64,000 nt of DNA, taken from positions 2,047,249-2,111,248 of the forward strand of contig NW_003314273.1 in assembly GCF_000143415.4 (NCBI RefSeq), written 5' to 3'. Below are positions 35,892-47,314 of the stretch, piece after piece; the stretch's first letter is position 1, and each line of letters opens with the position of its first letter. The stretch is from Selaginella moellendorffii. Taxonomy: Eukaryota > Plantae > Lycopodiophyta. The translations under genes and the position numbers were made by a program. The notes beneath the pieces were generated by a model. That model was not told the origin of the DNA. It was given only the letters and a program-made list of their open reading frames with translations, and did no database searches.

Positions 35892-37230
35892 ATGGATTCA
35901 GATTCAGAGGAAACTTCTTCTAGTTCCAATGAAAATGTGTGTGAAATGGAAAATGAAGATGAAGATGAAGAAGATGAAGACAATAATGATAGTGAACTCA
36001 GGTAGCAAATTCAAATGTTAGGAGATGTTGCATTTCAAGGAGAGTGAGCATGGTGGGTAATGCTATGTAGTGTGGCATGGTGGGACATGTTCATGGTGGT
36101 GTATTATGATGATTTTCGATGGATAAAGATTCTTTGGATGACACAATAAACATTCACAATGTTTTGTGACACTTTACACAAGGAGATTGTGAGACAAGAT
36201 ACCAATTATAGAATGGCAGTTCGTGTGGATGTAAGAGTTGGCACAACACTCATGAAGCTTATCAGGAATTATAAGTATGATGATGTGAGGGAAAAATTTG
36301 CAATAAGGGTTTCTCAAGAGACTACAACAGCAATTTGTCGAAAGTTTTGGGATAGGATTTCATTTTCAACAACAAAGGAGCAGGTGTAGGTGTGTAGGTG
36401 ATATTTGACGAATTCGAAGTGATCACACACATATGACTACCCAACATTGCTAGAGTTATAGATTGCATGTATGTGGAGATTTTAGCACCTTCAGCACGAG
36501 ATCGTGATGATTACACTAATAGGAAACAATGATTTAGCATAATTATCTAAACGATTGTGGATGCGCAGAAGAGGTTCCTTAACGCAAATGTCGGTTGTCC
36601 AGGTACTTTTTCAATATTAAAAATATTAATTATTAATTTTATTAAAAAATTATTATGATGATTATTAATTATTAATTATATTTTTGTAGGAAGCATACAT
36701 AATATGCAAGTTTAGAAAAATAGCTCAATTCGACACAAAATTGAAGATGGAGTTTATCTTCAAGCTCTTATTCGTGTTATACACACGAACAATGTGAGCC
36801 CGTCTTGGTCGGTGACAAAAGTTATCAATTACAAACATAATATGGGACAAGGACACATTTATCATGTGCTTAAGAGGCCTTCAATAAAGAGCTCAGTTGC
36901 GCCACATTGTTGTGGAACAAGCATTTGGTATACTCAAGCAAAAGTTTGCTTGTCTTGATAGCAAACTAAAGGTGAGATTGCTGCAAATCCCAAATACTAT
37001 TAATGTTTGCATCATTCTTCATAATATCCTTATTGATGTAGGTGAGGCGAATTATGAGGCAACTTTAGGAGCACGACAAAGAAGGCTAGAGTGACGTTGT
37101 CGACGAGGAACATTCGTTGAATATGATGATCCTCCTAGAGATGCAAGAGAACTTGGAGAGACAACGTTAAATGCTCAAACAATTCACGATGCGTTAATAG
37201 CTCATATTGTATTTGGTATACATGTGTGAA
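35892..37230 (+). pseudogene. Harbinger (HARBI1/DDE_Tnp_4) transposase remnant with an intron at ~36603-36689
   Basis: LPNIARVIDCMYV, YTNRK, IVDAQKRFL..VGCPG|SIH, RHIVVEQAFGILKQKF, CIILHNIL. Stops and frameshifts are present. Confidence 0.85.
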
Positions 37231-37848
37231 ATTCAAATATTTGAAATATTTAAGTGAATTTCTATGCAGATACGTTACCCCTTATTTTTAAGGGGTAAAA
37301 TGTTAGTGTACCCTTAGCATAACCCATAAATGTAAAAGTTAGGGGTGGTGTGGAAATATTACCCCTTACATAAATTTTTAAGGGGTATTGGTGTGGAAAA
37401 AATTATAATCTCTTTATTAAGGGTTATAACTTAGTTAAGTTATGATAAGAGTTAATGCGGAATGGCCCATGTTAAGGTATATTTAACCTACACTAAAGCT
37501 CATAGTGGCAAGTGGTAGATAATGGAGTTCTTGATGTAGTTTGGGGGTGGTGATTAGGTGGTGAAGAAATGTAACATATCCTATACCAAAAAAACTCTAA
37601 ATGGTCCCATTTACTATTAGTGAAAAGGGTTAGTGGGTAAGTCAAGCATGGCTAACCAACCTAAGACATTATTTAGTAGGCATATTTATCTTTGTTCTAC
37701 ATTTAGCTTGAATCTAAGCCCAAGCTCCATAGCTAGTGAATTTTTTATAGACCACCAATATACTAAAATAGCACTAAAATTTGTTTAGCTCCATTTTATG
37801 TGTTGATCTTGGTGTTGAGATGTTAGATGTTTTAGGACTGTTCTTATA

Positions 37849-38006
37849 TATAATATATATGATCATGGGATAAAATTTGAAATATACTCTCATTATAAAT
37901 CTTTTGAACATTAAAGGATATATGGGGATAGAATATCCATTAAAGGCTCTCTCATTAAGCAATTGCCTCTTTTTCAAAGAGAAATAAATAAGAGGAATAT
38001 ATAACA
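37849..38006 (+). mobile_element. Decayed solo LTR of the TRIM family at 12952-13112
   Basis: tataatatatatgatcatggga aligns with tgtagcgcatgtgatcatggga; ends ..taaca; flanks TTATA/CTATA (probable TSD). Further fragments at ~30420-30870 and ~32993-33050. Confidence 0.7.
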
Positions 38007-40694
38007 CTATATCTCATTTAGATCCTCAACATTAAGCTCCTTCCCATGGAAATCCTCACATGGTGATGTTATAGAGTATATACTTTTTCTATTGCCTTAT
38101 ATAAATTAATAAATATGGTGATCAAAGAGTTATAAGAGATGGCCCACTTTCATTGGTAGTTTCAACTATAGACATAGACCACCATATTGGGCTTGGACTT
38201 ATACAAGATTTGCACCAAGCACCTAGACAACTTGGAGTTTTACACATAGAGAGAACTCTAACAATAGTACTCAATGCCCACCATTGAAAATATCTTCTAT
38301 AACATTTATATTGTCACAATCAATAGTTTCATTTCCAAATCTGCTTCATGCCAAGGAATAAAAGGATCTTTAGAACTTACCACATGGGCCATCATTGCCT
38401 CATCAATTTTAGCTGATAGGTTAGATAAGTAATCCACTTCTGTTTAATGTGTCTCAAAAAAGATGAAGACATTAACCATGTTGTCAACATATGGCCCAAA
38501 TACACTCACTTCCAACAAGCACCAGTGCCATAGGGGTTGGATCTTCATATCATCCTTAAAGGGGAGTTGTAGGTAAATAAACTCTATGATTTCTTGCATG
38601 TAATGGCTGTTCACCAAAGCAAGGGGCCACAGTTAGCAATAAAATCATCAAGTTCAAGAGTATATAAATGTAAATAAAAGAATGAATTTTATCCATGTAT
38701 ATGAAAAAAATATAATTATGTTTTTCAACTACGTTTTTTATTGTATAGACATATTATATTATACCATAGATTTTTTCAATTTTTTTTCTATATGATTAGC
38801 TATCATTTTAGATAATTGATGTTTTATGACTTTATAAATTGTATAAACGAAATACTGTATCATAAAATATGAATATCATAATAATAAGTTACCAGAAAAT
38901 GTCTTATTGTTTATATGTTAGTTATTTCACTAGTTAGTTTTGAAATTGAGTACAAGTGATGTTGATATACAAAAAATATTGAATACCATATACTTTATAA
39001 TTTCAAATATTTCTTTAATCTCCAAATTCAAATGATTCATTTTAGTAGAAAAAGGAAATTTATAGGAATTTGATTAGATGCTATTACTTTACCTTTATCT
39101 AGAGGAATATCTATCATAAAACTATCATGATTTGCTAGAAAATCTCCAAATTGTTAAAGTGTAGATAGAATAATAAAAGGAAGTATTATTTATCAAGGAT
39201 TGAGATTTTTGTTAATTTATAATACTTTTAAAATTTTCAAGGCAGCTACAAACTATACAATAATAATATCAAAATTATTACAATCTATAAGTGCATAAAA
39301 CATAGAAATGGAATACAGAAATATATATATTAATTAACCTAAAAACCTTAGCTTATATACAAGAGCGAGTGGTCTAGATTGAAATCAATCCCACTACACT
39401 AAGATTAATATACAACATCATACCCATACACTTGGATCTTACATTATCCCCTCCTCTTGGAAGGATGAAAAGGAGCCAGAGTTTTTTGGTTGACAAGTTA
39501 GGATCTAGAGGAACACCAAAAGGAGGCACTAGTGGATTTGTAGGTGGTATTAATAGTTTCTGATCCCTTTGTATGAAACATTTAAGCTATTGAACATGCA
39601 CAATGTCTAGGGGATCAATGCATATTATGCCGAACCTCATAAACTTGCAATCCAAATTACTACAACACCCAATATAATCTTTTCCACTAAGTAAGAAGTC
39701 CTTTAGACTTGGGAAAACAAATTAACACCAAGTCATCCATTTTATACTTTGCAAGTGGACAATGATAGGAATTATAACACCATTGTTGTTCCATTTGTAA
39801 GTGGCTCAAGTGTTTAGTAGATTCCACTATGACAAATGGAAGAACGCTTTTCAAATACTAATCCCAAAACCTAGTGTCGGCAGTTCATAGCAATTGTAAA
39901 AATAAAATCAACTCTACTAGTAGTATCAGATTATGAGGTGAAGCACCAATAAAACTTTATAATGTAAACAACTAAATTTTTCATTTGACTTTAGTCACTT
40001 AATCATATTTTCAACCACTTAGAGATGTTTCATTTACAACCTCCATAAATCTTATTCCCACCTTAGGGACTTATTAGCCTCATGAATGGCCTCTATGCCA
40101 CTCTGTTACAACATTTGGTCTAAGTGCTCCATGTGTTCAATCCCATGATAGACACCCAAAGGTACCAACGTATCTGCCTATTAAGCTAAGGCCATATCTA
40201 TTCCCCTTTGTCACACAAGTAGTTCAAGAGCATTTGCACTATAATCCCATCTCCCAAAAATTAAACCATTCATTCATGAGTGGTCATCCCATGATTACAC
40301 TTTAACATCTTTAGGATGCTTAGAGATATAAAGAACACCTTTCCCCAATATCCTTTTTTAGTCCCCGCCAAGTCCCTCTTTGTCCCTAGCAATGCTTGCC
40401 AACACCACCATTGGGTTCGGGTTTGAAGGCCCGACCACTAAGTCCTATTAACCTTTGGGATGTGAGACACAAAATCCCTAGGCCCCAAAGTGGAGCCAGA
40501 AGGGCGCCACATGGTAGTGGCCGAAGCGAGAGCCAAACGAGCGTAACACGTTTGGACCAAAAGCTCCGACTTGAAAAGTCAAGAGCGGGAGTGGAACTCC
40601 CAACGAAGTGCTCGAGGAACGAGCACGAAGCGAGCAAAAGGCGAGGCTCCAAAAAGGGACCCAAAAGGACCAACACATGACACGTGGGAGTGTT

Positions 40695-41226
40695 CGAGAT
40701 GGACTCGAGTTGGAGTCCGAAGTGGAGTCCGAGATGGACCCGAGTTGGAGTCCGAAGTGGAGTCCGAGATGGACCCGAGTTGGAGTCCGAAGTGGAGTCC
40801 GAGATGGACCCGAGATGGAGTCCGAAGTGGAGTCCGAGGTGGACCCGAGATGGACCCGAGTTGGAGTCCGAAGTGGAGTCCGAGGTGGACCCGAGATGGA
40901 CCCGAGTTGGAGTCCGAAGTGGAGTCCGAGATGGACCCGAGATGGAGTCCGAGATGGAGTCCGAGATGGAGTCCGAGGTGGACCCGAGATAGACCCGAAA
41001 TGGAGTCCGAGATGGACCCGAGATGGAGTCCGAGATGGAGTCCGAGATGGACCCGAGATAGACCCGAAATGGAGTCCGAGATGGAGTCCGAGATGGACCC
41101 GAGATGGAGTCCGAGATGGAGTCCGAGATGGACCCGAGATGGACCCGAGATGGAGTCCGAGATGGAGTCCGAGATGGAGTCCGAGATGGAGTCCGAGATG
41201 GAGTCCGAAGTCGAGACCGAGACCGG

Positions 41227-41258
<32 letters not shown>

Positions 41259-41360
41259 TCGGGACCGAGACCGAGGCCGAGGCCGAGACCGAGCCCGAGC
41301 CCAAGTCCGAGTCCGAATCCGAGTCCGAGTCCGAGTCCGAGTCCGAGTCCGAATCCGGAG
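40695..41360. repeat. GAGATGGAGTCC / GAGATGGACCC / GAGACC / GAGTCC minisatellite inside the 5' LTR
   Basis: Read directly; 11/12-mers grade into hexamers. Confidence 0.97.
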
Positions 41361-44300
41361 CCTGAGAGGGTGAAAGCCCAAAGCGTTCGTCTCCCAGACC
41401 CTGGGGGGTTTGGTGAGCTCCAAAAGTATAGTAGGGGGAGGACTGCAGTGGAGCCAGTTTGGCCAGGAAAGGCCAGTTTGGCGCAGGAAGGCCGGACCCA
41501 GTGTTGGGTGATGAGCTGCCCACTGGGAAGTCCAAGACTAGAGTGAACACAGACCGACAAGCGGGGTAGCTTGGTGAAGTGTTCAAGAGCCGGCTCTAGT
41601 TCCCCCGGGAGATCGACTGGCCGATGCTCCCAGTCCAAGTGTGGGTGGCACTACCTACTTGGATACCTGGTGTGGCTCAACGGAACCCGCTCTAAGCCCA
41701 TGGCTAGAGCACCTAAAGGCGAAAGGCGAGGAGAGTACCCAGGTGGCTCGCGTAAGGCCACGGTGTTCCGAAATGTTGTCCCGAAGGCCCAAACTGTGGA
41801 AAGGAAGAGGAACAATCCTCTGGGGCAGTGACCAAGGACACAGTCGTGTGGTGAGGAAGTCCCAGAGGACCGTGGGACTTAGTGGTCGGGCCTGTGGGTC
41901 TCGATCCAGTGGCAGTGTTGGCAAACACGGCCAGGGGCAGAAAGGGACTTAGTGGGAACTGATAGAGGGATATTGGGGAAGGTTATTCCCCTTGTCGGTG
42001 GGCATCCTAAGGATGCTAAGGAGTGGATCTGAGATGACCACTCACGGATGGTTTGCCTAGTCTTGGAGAGCCAAGACGGTGATGCAAGTGGTATTGGACT
42101 ACCAGTGTGGCAAAGGTGATTGGGCATGGCCTTAGCGTGACGGGCTGCTATGTCGGTGGTACCTTTGAGTGTCGGTCATGGGATCGGACACGTGGAGCAC
42201 TTGGACCAAGTGCAAATGTTAAGTGGCATGGATGCCATTCTCGGGGCTAGCAAGTCCCAAGTCCTGGATTGGACTTATGGAGGTGGTGAATGAGACTCCT
42301 CCAAGTGGTCAGAGGTGTGGTTAAGTGACTAAAGTAGAATGGAAAAATTAGTCGCTTACAATTTGGTATCGGAGCTGTTCCTTAGTCCGACTTTTATTGG
42401 TGCTCAAGTATATCACCACTAGTGTTGGCATCGGAAGGTCCGAGGATTGGGCCTATCCTTGAGGAGTAGCAAGTCGGGAAGACATGGCTCTCCATTACAG
42501 TTCATGTGTGAACTTGTAGACGAGGTGGTGGATAGAAAAGGGCCAATAATGGAACGACTTTGGGATCTTGGGAACAGTATATGGTTTTCCTCAAAGAGTT
42601 GAGGATGTGATCCAGATGAGCGTTTGACTTAGCAAACTGGCTAATGTAGTTGTGGTAAACAACTACAGATGGGATCACGGGAAAGATAAAGACTCCAAAG
42701 CAATAAAGGAGTCACAAGATTTTCCTCATATAGTTGAGGTTGGTGCTCATGAATGTGAGACCAGAAGTAATGACCGTGGGAGGTCAAATACGGAAGAGGA
42801 CTCAAGTCCTTGAAAAGGTAGCCGGGGCTACCTCTAATAAATGCTGGAACAACCCAAGGAGTTGGGGGTGTATTAAGTGGATGAGTTGGTCTTCTCATCA
42901 TATGGACAAGTAGTCCTAAGGGGCAAAGGTTGCCCCCAGAGAACAAAATCAAGTGTCGGAGTAACACTTGTGAAAATAGTCCTTTTGAGTAGGACAGGAA
43001 TGCAAGAAGTGTATTCCAGTGAGCTAGTGCCTCACAAGTAGGACCTTACGGGTCTGTGGATTAACCAAGTCCAAAACTGCTGGATGACTCAAGTAGAGTC
43101 AACGGATGGTCCTAAAAGGACTGATGGAAGCATTTGGACTGAGGTGTGTTGTACCCCACAAAGGATGGGGGGGGATCATAGGATCCAAGGATGAGAACAG
43201 AGGGTATTTCATCGATGGCAAAATGTGCCATGCTAAAGTTATGGGAAAGGTGTTCCCAGAAGAAAACAACTTCGACATAAAGTTGTGTGTGACCTCTATG
43301 GTGCAGTGCTAACGGATGGTTGGCATGAGAAAGAGCGGTGTTGGTCTTGGCAAAGACTTAGACACGAAAGGGAAATGTCATAGAGGTAGGCTCGTGGAGC
43401 CGATGGTGTGGAGACACCAAATGTGCCAAGGTGTGATACCTTGAGGCTATGTTGGTGGGTTCATGAGAACCCCTTGCCAAAGGAATCCCAATGGAAATGG
43501 GAATAGCATAGCCTAAGCTGCAGAGCATGCAGTTGGAGTGTGGTGACCCAGATAATGATGGAGGTGTGAAAGCACCAAGCAATGAGTTGTAGGACTTGAC
43601 AACTATGAGGCAACTAAGCAAGAGGTGCAAAATAACTGGTTAAACGGGTAGAAGGTAGCTACCCAAGACTTCTTAATAGCATAAGGAAGTTGGATATACC
43701 CTTACGGGGGATAAGTTGCTTGTGTTGCGATATAGTAAGTCAATGTCATAAAAGGAAATACTCATTATCAAGAAAGCCATCATTGGGACACCCGAACACT
43801 CTAGAACACCAGAAGGTGGTGTTTGATGTCGCGAGGGCAATGGATAAAGCCCAAGGGACTAAGTCCCTAGCGAATGATGGATAGAAGGTGCTATCCAAAT
43901 GTCCAAGGTTGCGGAGACAGGAGAGGACTGTCTACCCGAGTTGGACAAAGCCAAAAATGGAATTTTGGCAAGGCTAGTGATGGGCATGTAAAGGCCCATA
44001 AGCAACAATGTAATCCCAGTGTGTGGGATTATAAGGTGAGCATACCCGGATTGAGGAACCACTCCCTACGCTATTGGGTAGGTTCATCCCTAAGAATACT
44101 TGCTAAAGCATGATAGAAAGTGCAAAGCTATCCTCCTGGTCTGGAGGAGAATGACCAAAGGAAAGGTGTGAAGCCAAAAAGCAAGAAGTAAGGGGATAAA
44201 ACCGAACCATAGGAATCAAAGGGCATAACCAAGGTTGGTTATGCCAGCTGGGAGTGGAGAATCAAGTGGGGGCTCAAGGGTGTTGCCGCTAGCAACCGTG

Positions 44301-46648
44301 ATGCCATGGAAAGTCTAAAATATGGAATTGTCCATGTTAGACTATGTGGCAATTGGAAGGCTTGCAAAAAGGGAGGCCTTAGCAAGCTGAGGGACAGAGT
44401 TCCTTTAAGGTTCCCAAAGACAATTCTAGGTAGCTTTGTACCGAGAAAGGCCAAGTGTAAATGGTTCATGGAACGCGCGAAATCAGAGTGGCGCAGCAGA
44501 AGCGTGGTCTTGAAGCTTGCCATGAGGCAAGGCTATCAAGGTTAGGGAAGTAGTTCCCGAGTGTTCAAAGAGAGGGCTTTGAACGAAAGTCCATGGTCAA
44601 GGACTTTCACGCTTATGCAGGAACCATGTTACAGTGGTCGGAGGACTTGCCAAGCGAGATTGGCACGTCGGGGGAACAAATACCCTAGTTGAAGGTGATA
44701 ACTCCAAAAAGGGTGGGCCATGGGGCCGAGCATGGAGGAGTCCATGCATGATCACAGACATGTCAAGTGAGAGGACTTGGCAGTGTGGAGGAACTAGATT
44801 CCTAAGCTGTGATCTGTAGCGCGCTTTAAAAATAAGATGGTGCACCGGCGTGGGGAGTCACGCCAGGCATCTTGTGTGATGCCGTCCGTAGATGCATATA
44901 CGGAGGTTGGGTTCGAGTCCCGACCCTCTAGTGCTTGGGTTCGAGTCCCAAATCACTAGGGCGTGGTGATGGTTTGGAATATGAGGACACTCATATTTCG
45001 GTGGTCATGGACTCTCAGTGCGGAGACTGGTTTGGGCACACCGCCAAGCGAGGGATGCCTCGGAGTCGTGATGCACGGTTAGATTGCTTAGTGTGAAAGC
45101 TTAGCATATCTAACTTGAACGCTTTGGTGCAAGTGGCACCAAGGTCGTGGTGAGTGAGATGGGGACACCTAATCTCAGTTGCTATGAACCCTTGGCCGTA
45201 AGGGCTGGCTTGGGTGCACCGCCAAGTGTGGGGGATGCCCCCGGGGTTATAGTCAACAACTTGGAGGTCTAGAAGACCAAGTACTTCTTGGCAACTCTGT
45301 TAAGGTGCCAAGGTGAGATCACTAGGTGATCTTATGGCCAGATAAGGACAAGGTCCTTGGTTGGCTAAGGAATGAAGTTCCTGGTTCAAAATGTTGAAAT
45401 TGAACTGTTTAAGGTGGTGTGGCTTGGTCGTGATGACCAAGTGGGAAGAGCACCTAAGGGAAATAAACTATGTCCGTGCGATGGCATAGTGAGTCCGAGG
45501 AAAGTAGTCTCTATAAAAGACCCATGGGAGGGTCACGAAGTTGGGCCGTGGATAGAGCCCATAGCAGAAGATGCTAAAGAGACGTACTAGGGGTGAACAT
45601 CCTCCGGACTTGGCAAAGAAGAGTCTTTGCTATGGAACCGAAACAATACCTCAAGAAGGGAGGTAGAGATTCGATGTTGCTTGGTGCAACAATCAACGGA
45701 TAGGAGCAAAAGATGAGTGGCCAAGATAGGGCCGTGGAATCCCTTGGAAGGAATCCAAGTGAAAAAGTTAGGCGAGGAACACTGATGTGTTGGACGCTAA
45801 CAAGTTGCGGGAAAGGAAGTGTGTTTCCAAGGAGGGAATCCAAAATGCTCCGATTTGGCGAAAGTGGAAGCTCCAAGGGAGGGAGCGGTAAGGTAGCCAA
45901 ATGATAGGGCCATGAACAGCCCTAGCACAAAGTATGATAACTGGAACTTTGGCACGAAATAGAAGAGAGGATGATGGTGCCCTCGAGTAGAGAACTTCCT
46001 AGGATGGGAAGTGGAGTTGCACAAAAAGGTGCAAGGCAAGGTGTCGGAGACACCTAGGAAATTGACTCCAAGAAGTCAAAATTCAAAGTTCCAAAGTGCA
46101 AAGGTTATATCGATGGAAATCGAGACTACTCGAGAAGGAGTAGTGGGATTGACTTAGAGAAGGGTCTCTAAGAGGTTTAGCGAGAACTAAACCAATAAAA
46201 GGAGAGAACCATTACATGTGGTCCAATCAGTCTCTAAGTTGTAGAGACTACGCTCCTTAAAGGATGGACAAGGCATGGTGAGCCTTTGGTGTCAAACCAT
46301 AGACAAAGATTGGCTAGGTGCCAAGGATGGAAATGGTAACACGTGTGGGTGTTACTTTATGAAAGGGTTTACCGTTCGATGAGGACATCGAACTTCGTCT
46401 ATGGGTGGTGGAGTTGTGAGACACAAAATCCCTAGGCCCCAAAGTGGAGCCAGAAGGGCGCCACATGGTAGTGGCCGAAGCGAGAGCCAAACGAGCGTAA
46501 CACGTTTGGACCAAAAGCTCCGACTTGAAAAGTCAAGAGCGGGAGTGGAACTCCCAACGAAGTGCTCGAGGAACGAGCACGAAGCGAGCAAAAGGCGAGG
46601 CTCCAAAAAGGGACCCAAAAGGACCAACACATGACACGTGGGAGTGTT

Positions 46649-47180
46649 CGAGATGGACTCGAGTTGGAGTCCGAAGTGGAGTCCGAGATGGACCCGAGTT
46701 GGAGTCCGAAGTGGAGTCCGAGATGGACCCGAGTTGGAGTCCGAAGTGGAGTCCGAGATGGACCCGAGATGGAGTCCGAAGTGGAGTCCGAGGTGGACCC
46801 GAGATGGACCCGAGTTGGAGTCCGAAGTGGAGTCCGAGGTGGACCCGAGATGGACCCGAGTTGGAGTCCGAAGTGGAGTCCGAGATGGACCCGAGATGGA
46901 GTCCGAGATGGAGTCCGAGATGGAGTCCGAGGTGGACCCGAGATAGACCCGAAATGGAGTCCGAGATGGACCCGAGATGGAGTCCGAGATGGAGTCCGAG
47001 ATGGACCCGAGATAGACCCGAAATGGAGTCCGAGATGGAGTCCGAGATGGACCCGAGATGGAGTCCGAGATGGAGTCCGAGATGGACCCGAGATGGACCC
47101 GAGATGGAGTCCGAGATGGAGTCCGAGATGGAGTCCGAGATGGAGTCCGAGATGGAGTCCGAAGTCGAGACCGAGACCGG

Positions 47181-47212
<32 letters not shown>

Positions 47213-47314
47213 TCGGGACCGAGACCGAGGCCGAGGCCGAGACCGAGCCCGAGCCCAAGTCCGAGTCCGAATCCGAGTCCGAGTCCGAGTCCGAGTCCGA
47301 GTCCGAATCCGGAG
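46649..47314. repeat. Same minisatellite inside the 3' LTR
   Basis: Appears identical to 40695-41360. Confidence 0.97.

Larger units (their letters stand above)
33778..37468 (+). mobile_element. Decayed PIF/Harbinger DNA transposon
   Basis: Left TIR AGGTCGTTCCGCACCGACCCC and right TIR (reverse complement) GGGCCATTCCGCATTAACTCT differ only by transitions. The element contains Myb/SANT ORF1 and DDE transposase remnants. TSD not clean. Confidence 0.85.

Noticed and set aside
41500-41535. gggtga..ctgggaagtcc resembling the 5S rRNA C-box (Cassandra-like)
   Set aside because: Only about 11 contiguous nt match, with wrong spacing and no A-box.
40386-41638. Long ORFs on both strands (RSRS, DSDS, GLGL, ESEM repeats), duplicated at 46352-47592
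   Set aside because: They are by-products of a stop-poor minisatellite inside LTRs and have no protein-like unique sequence.
44905-44955. tRNA gene
   Set aside because: Only T-arm-like hairpins are present, with no D arm, anticodon arm or acceptor stem. Kept as a structural finding instead.
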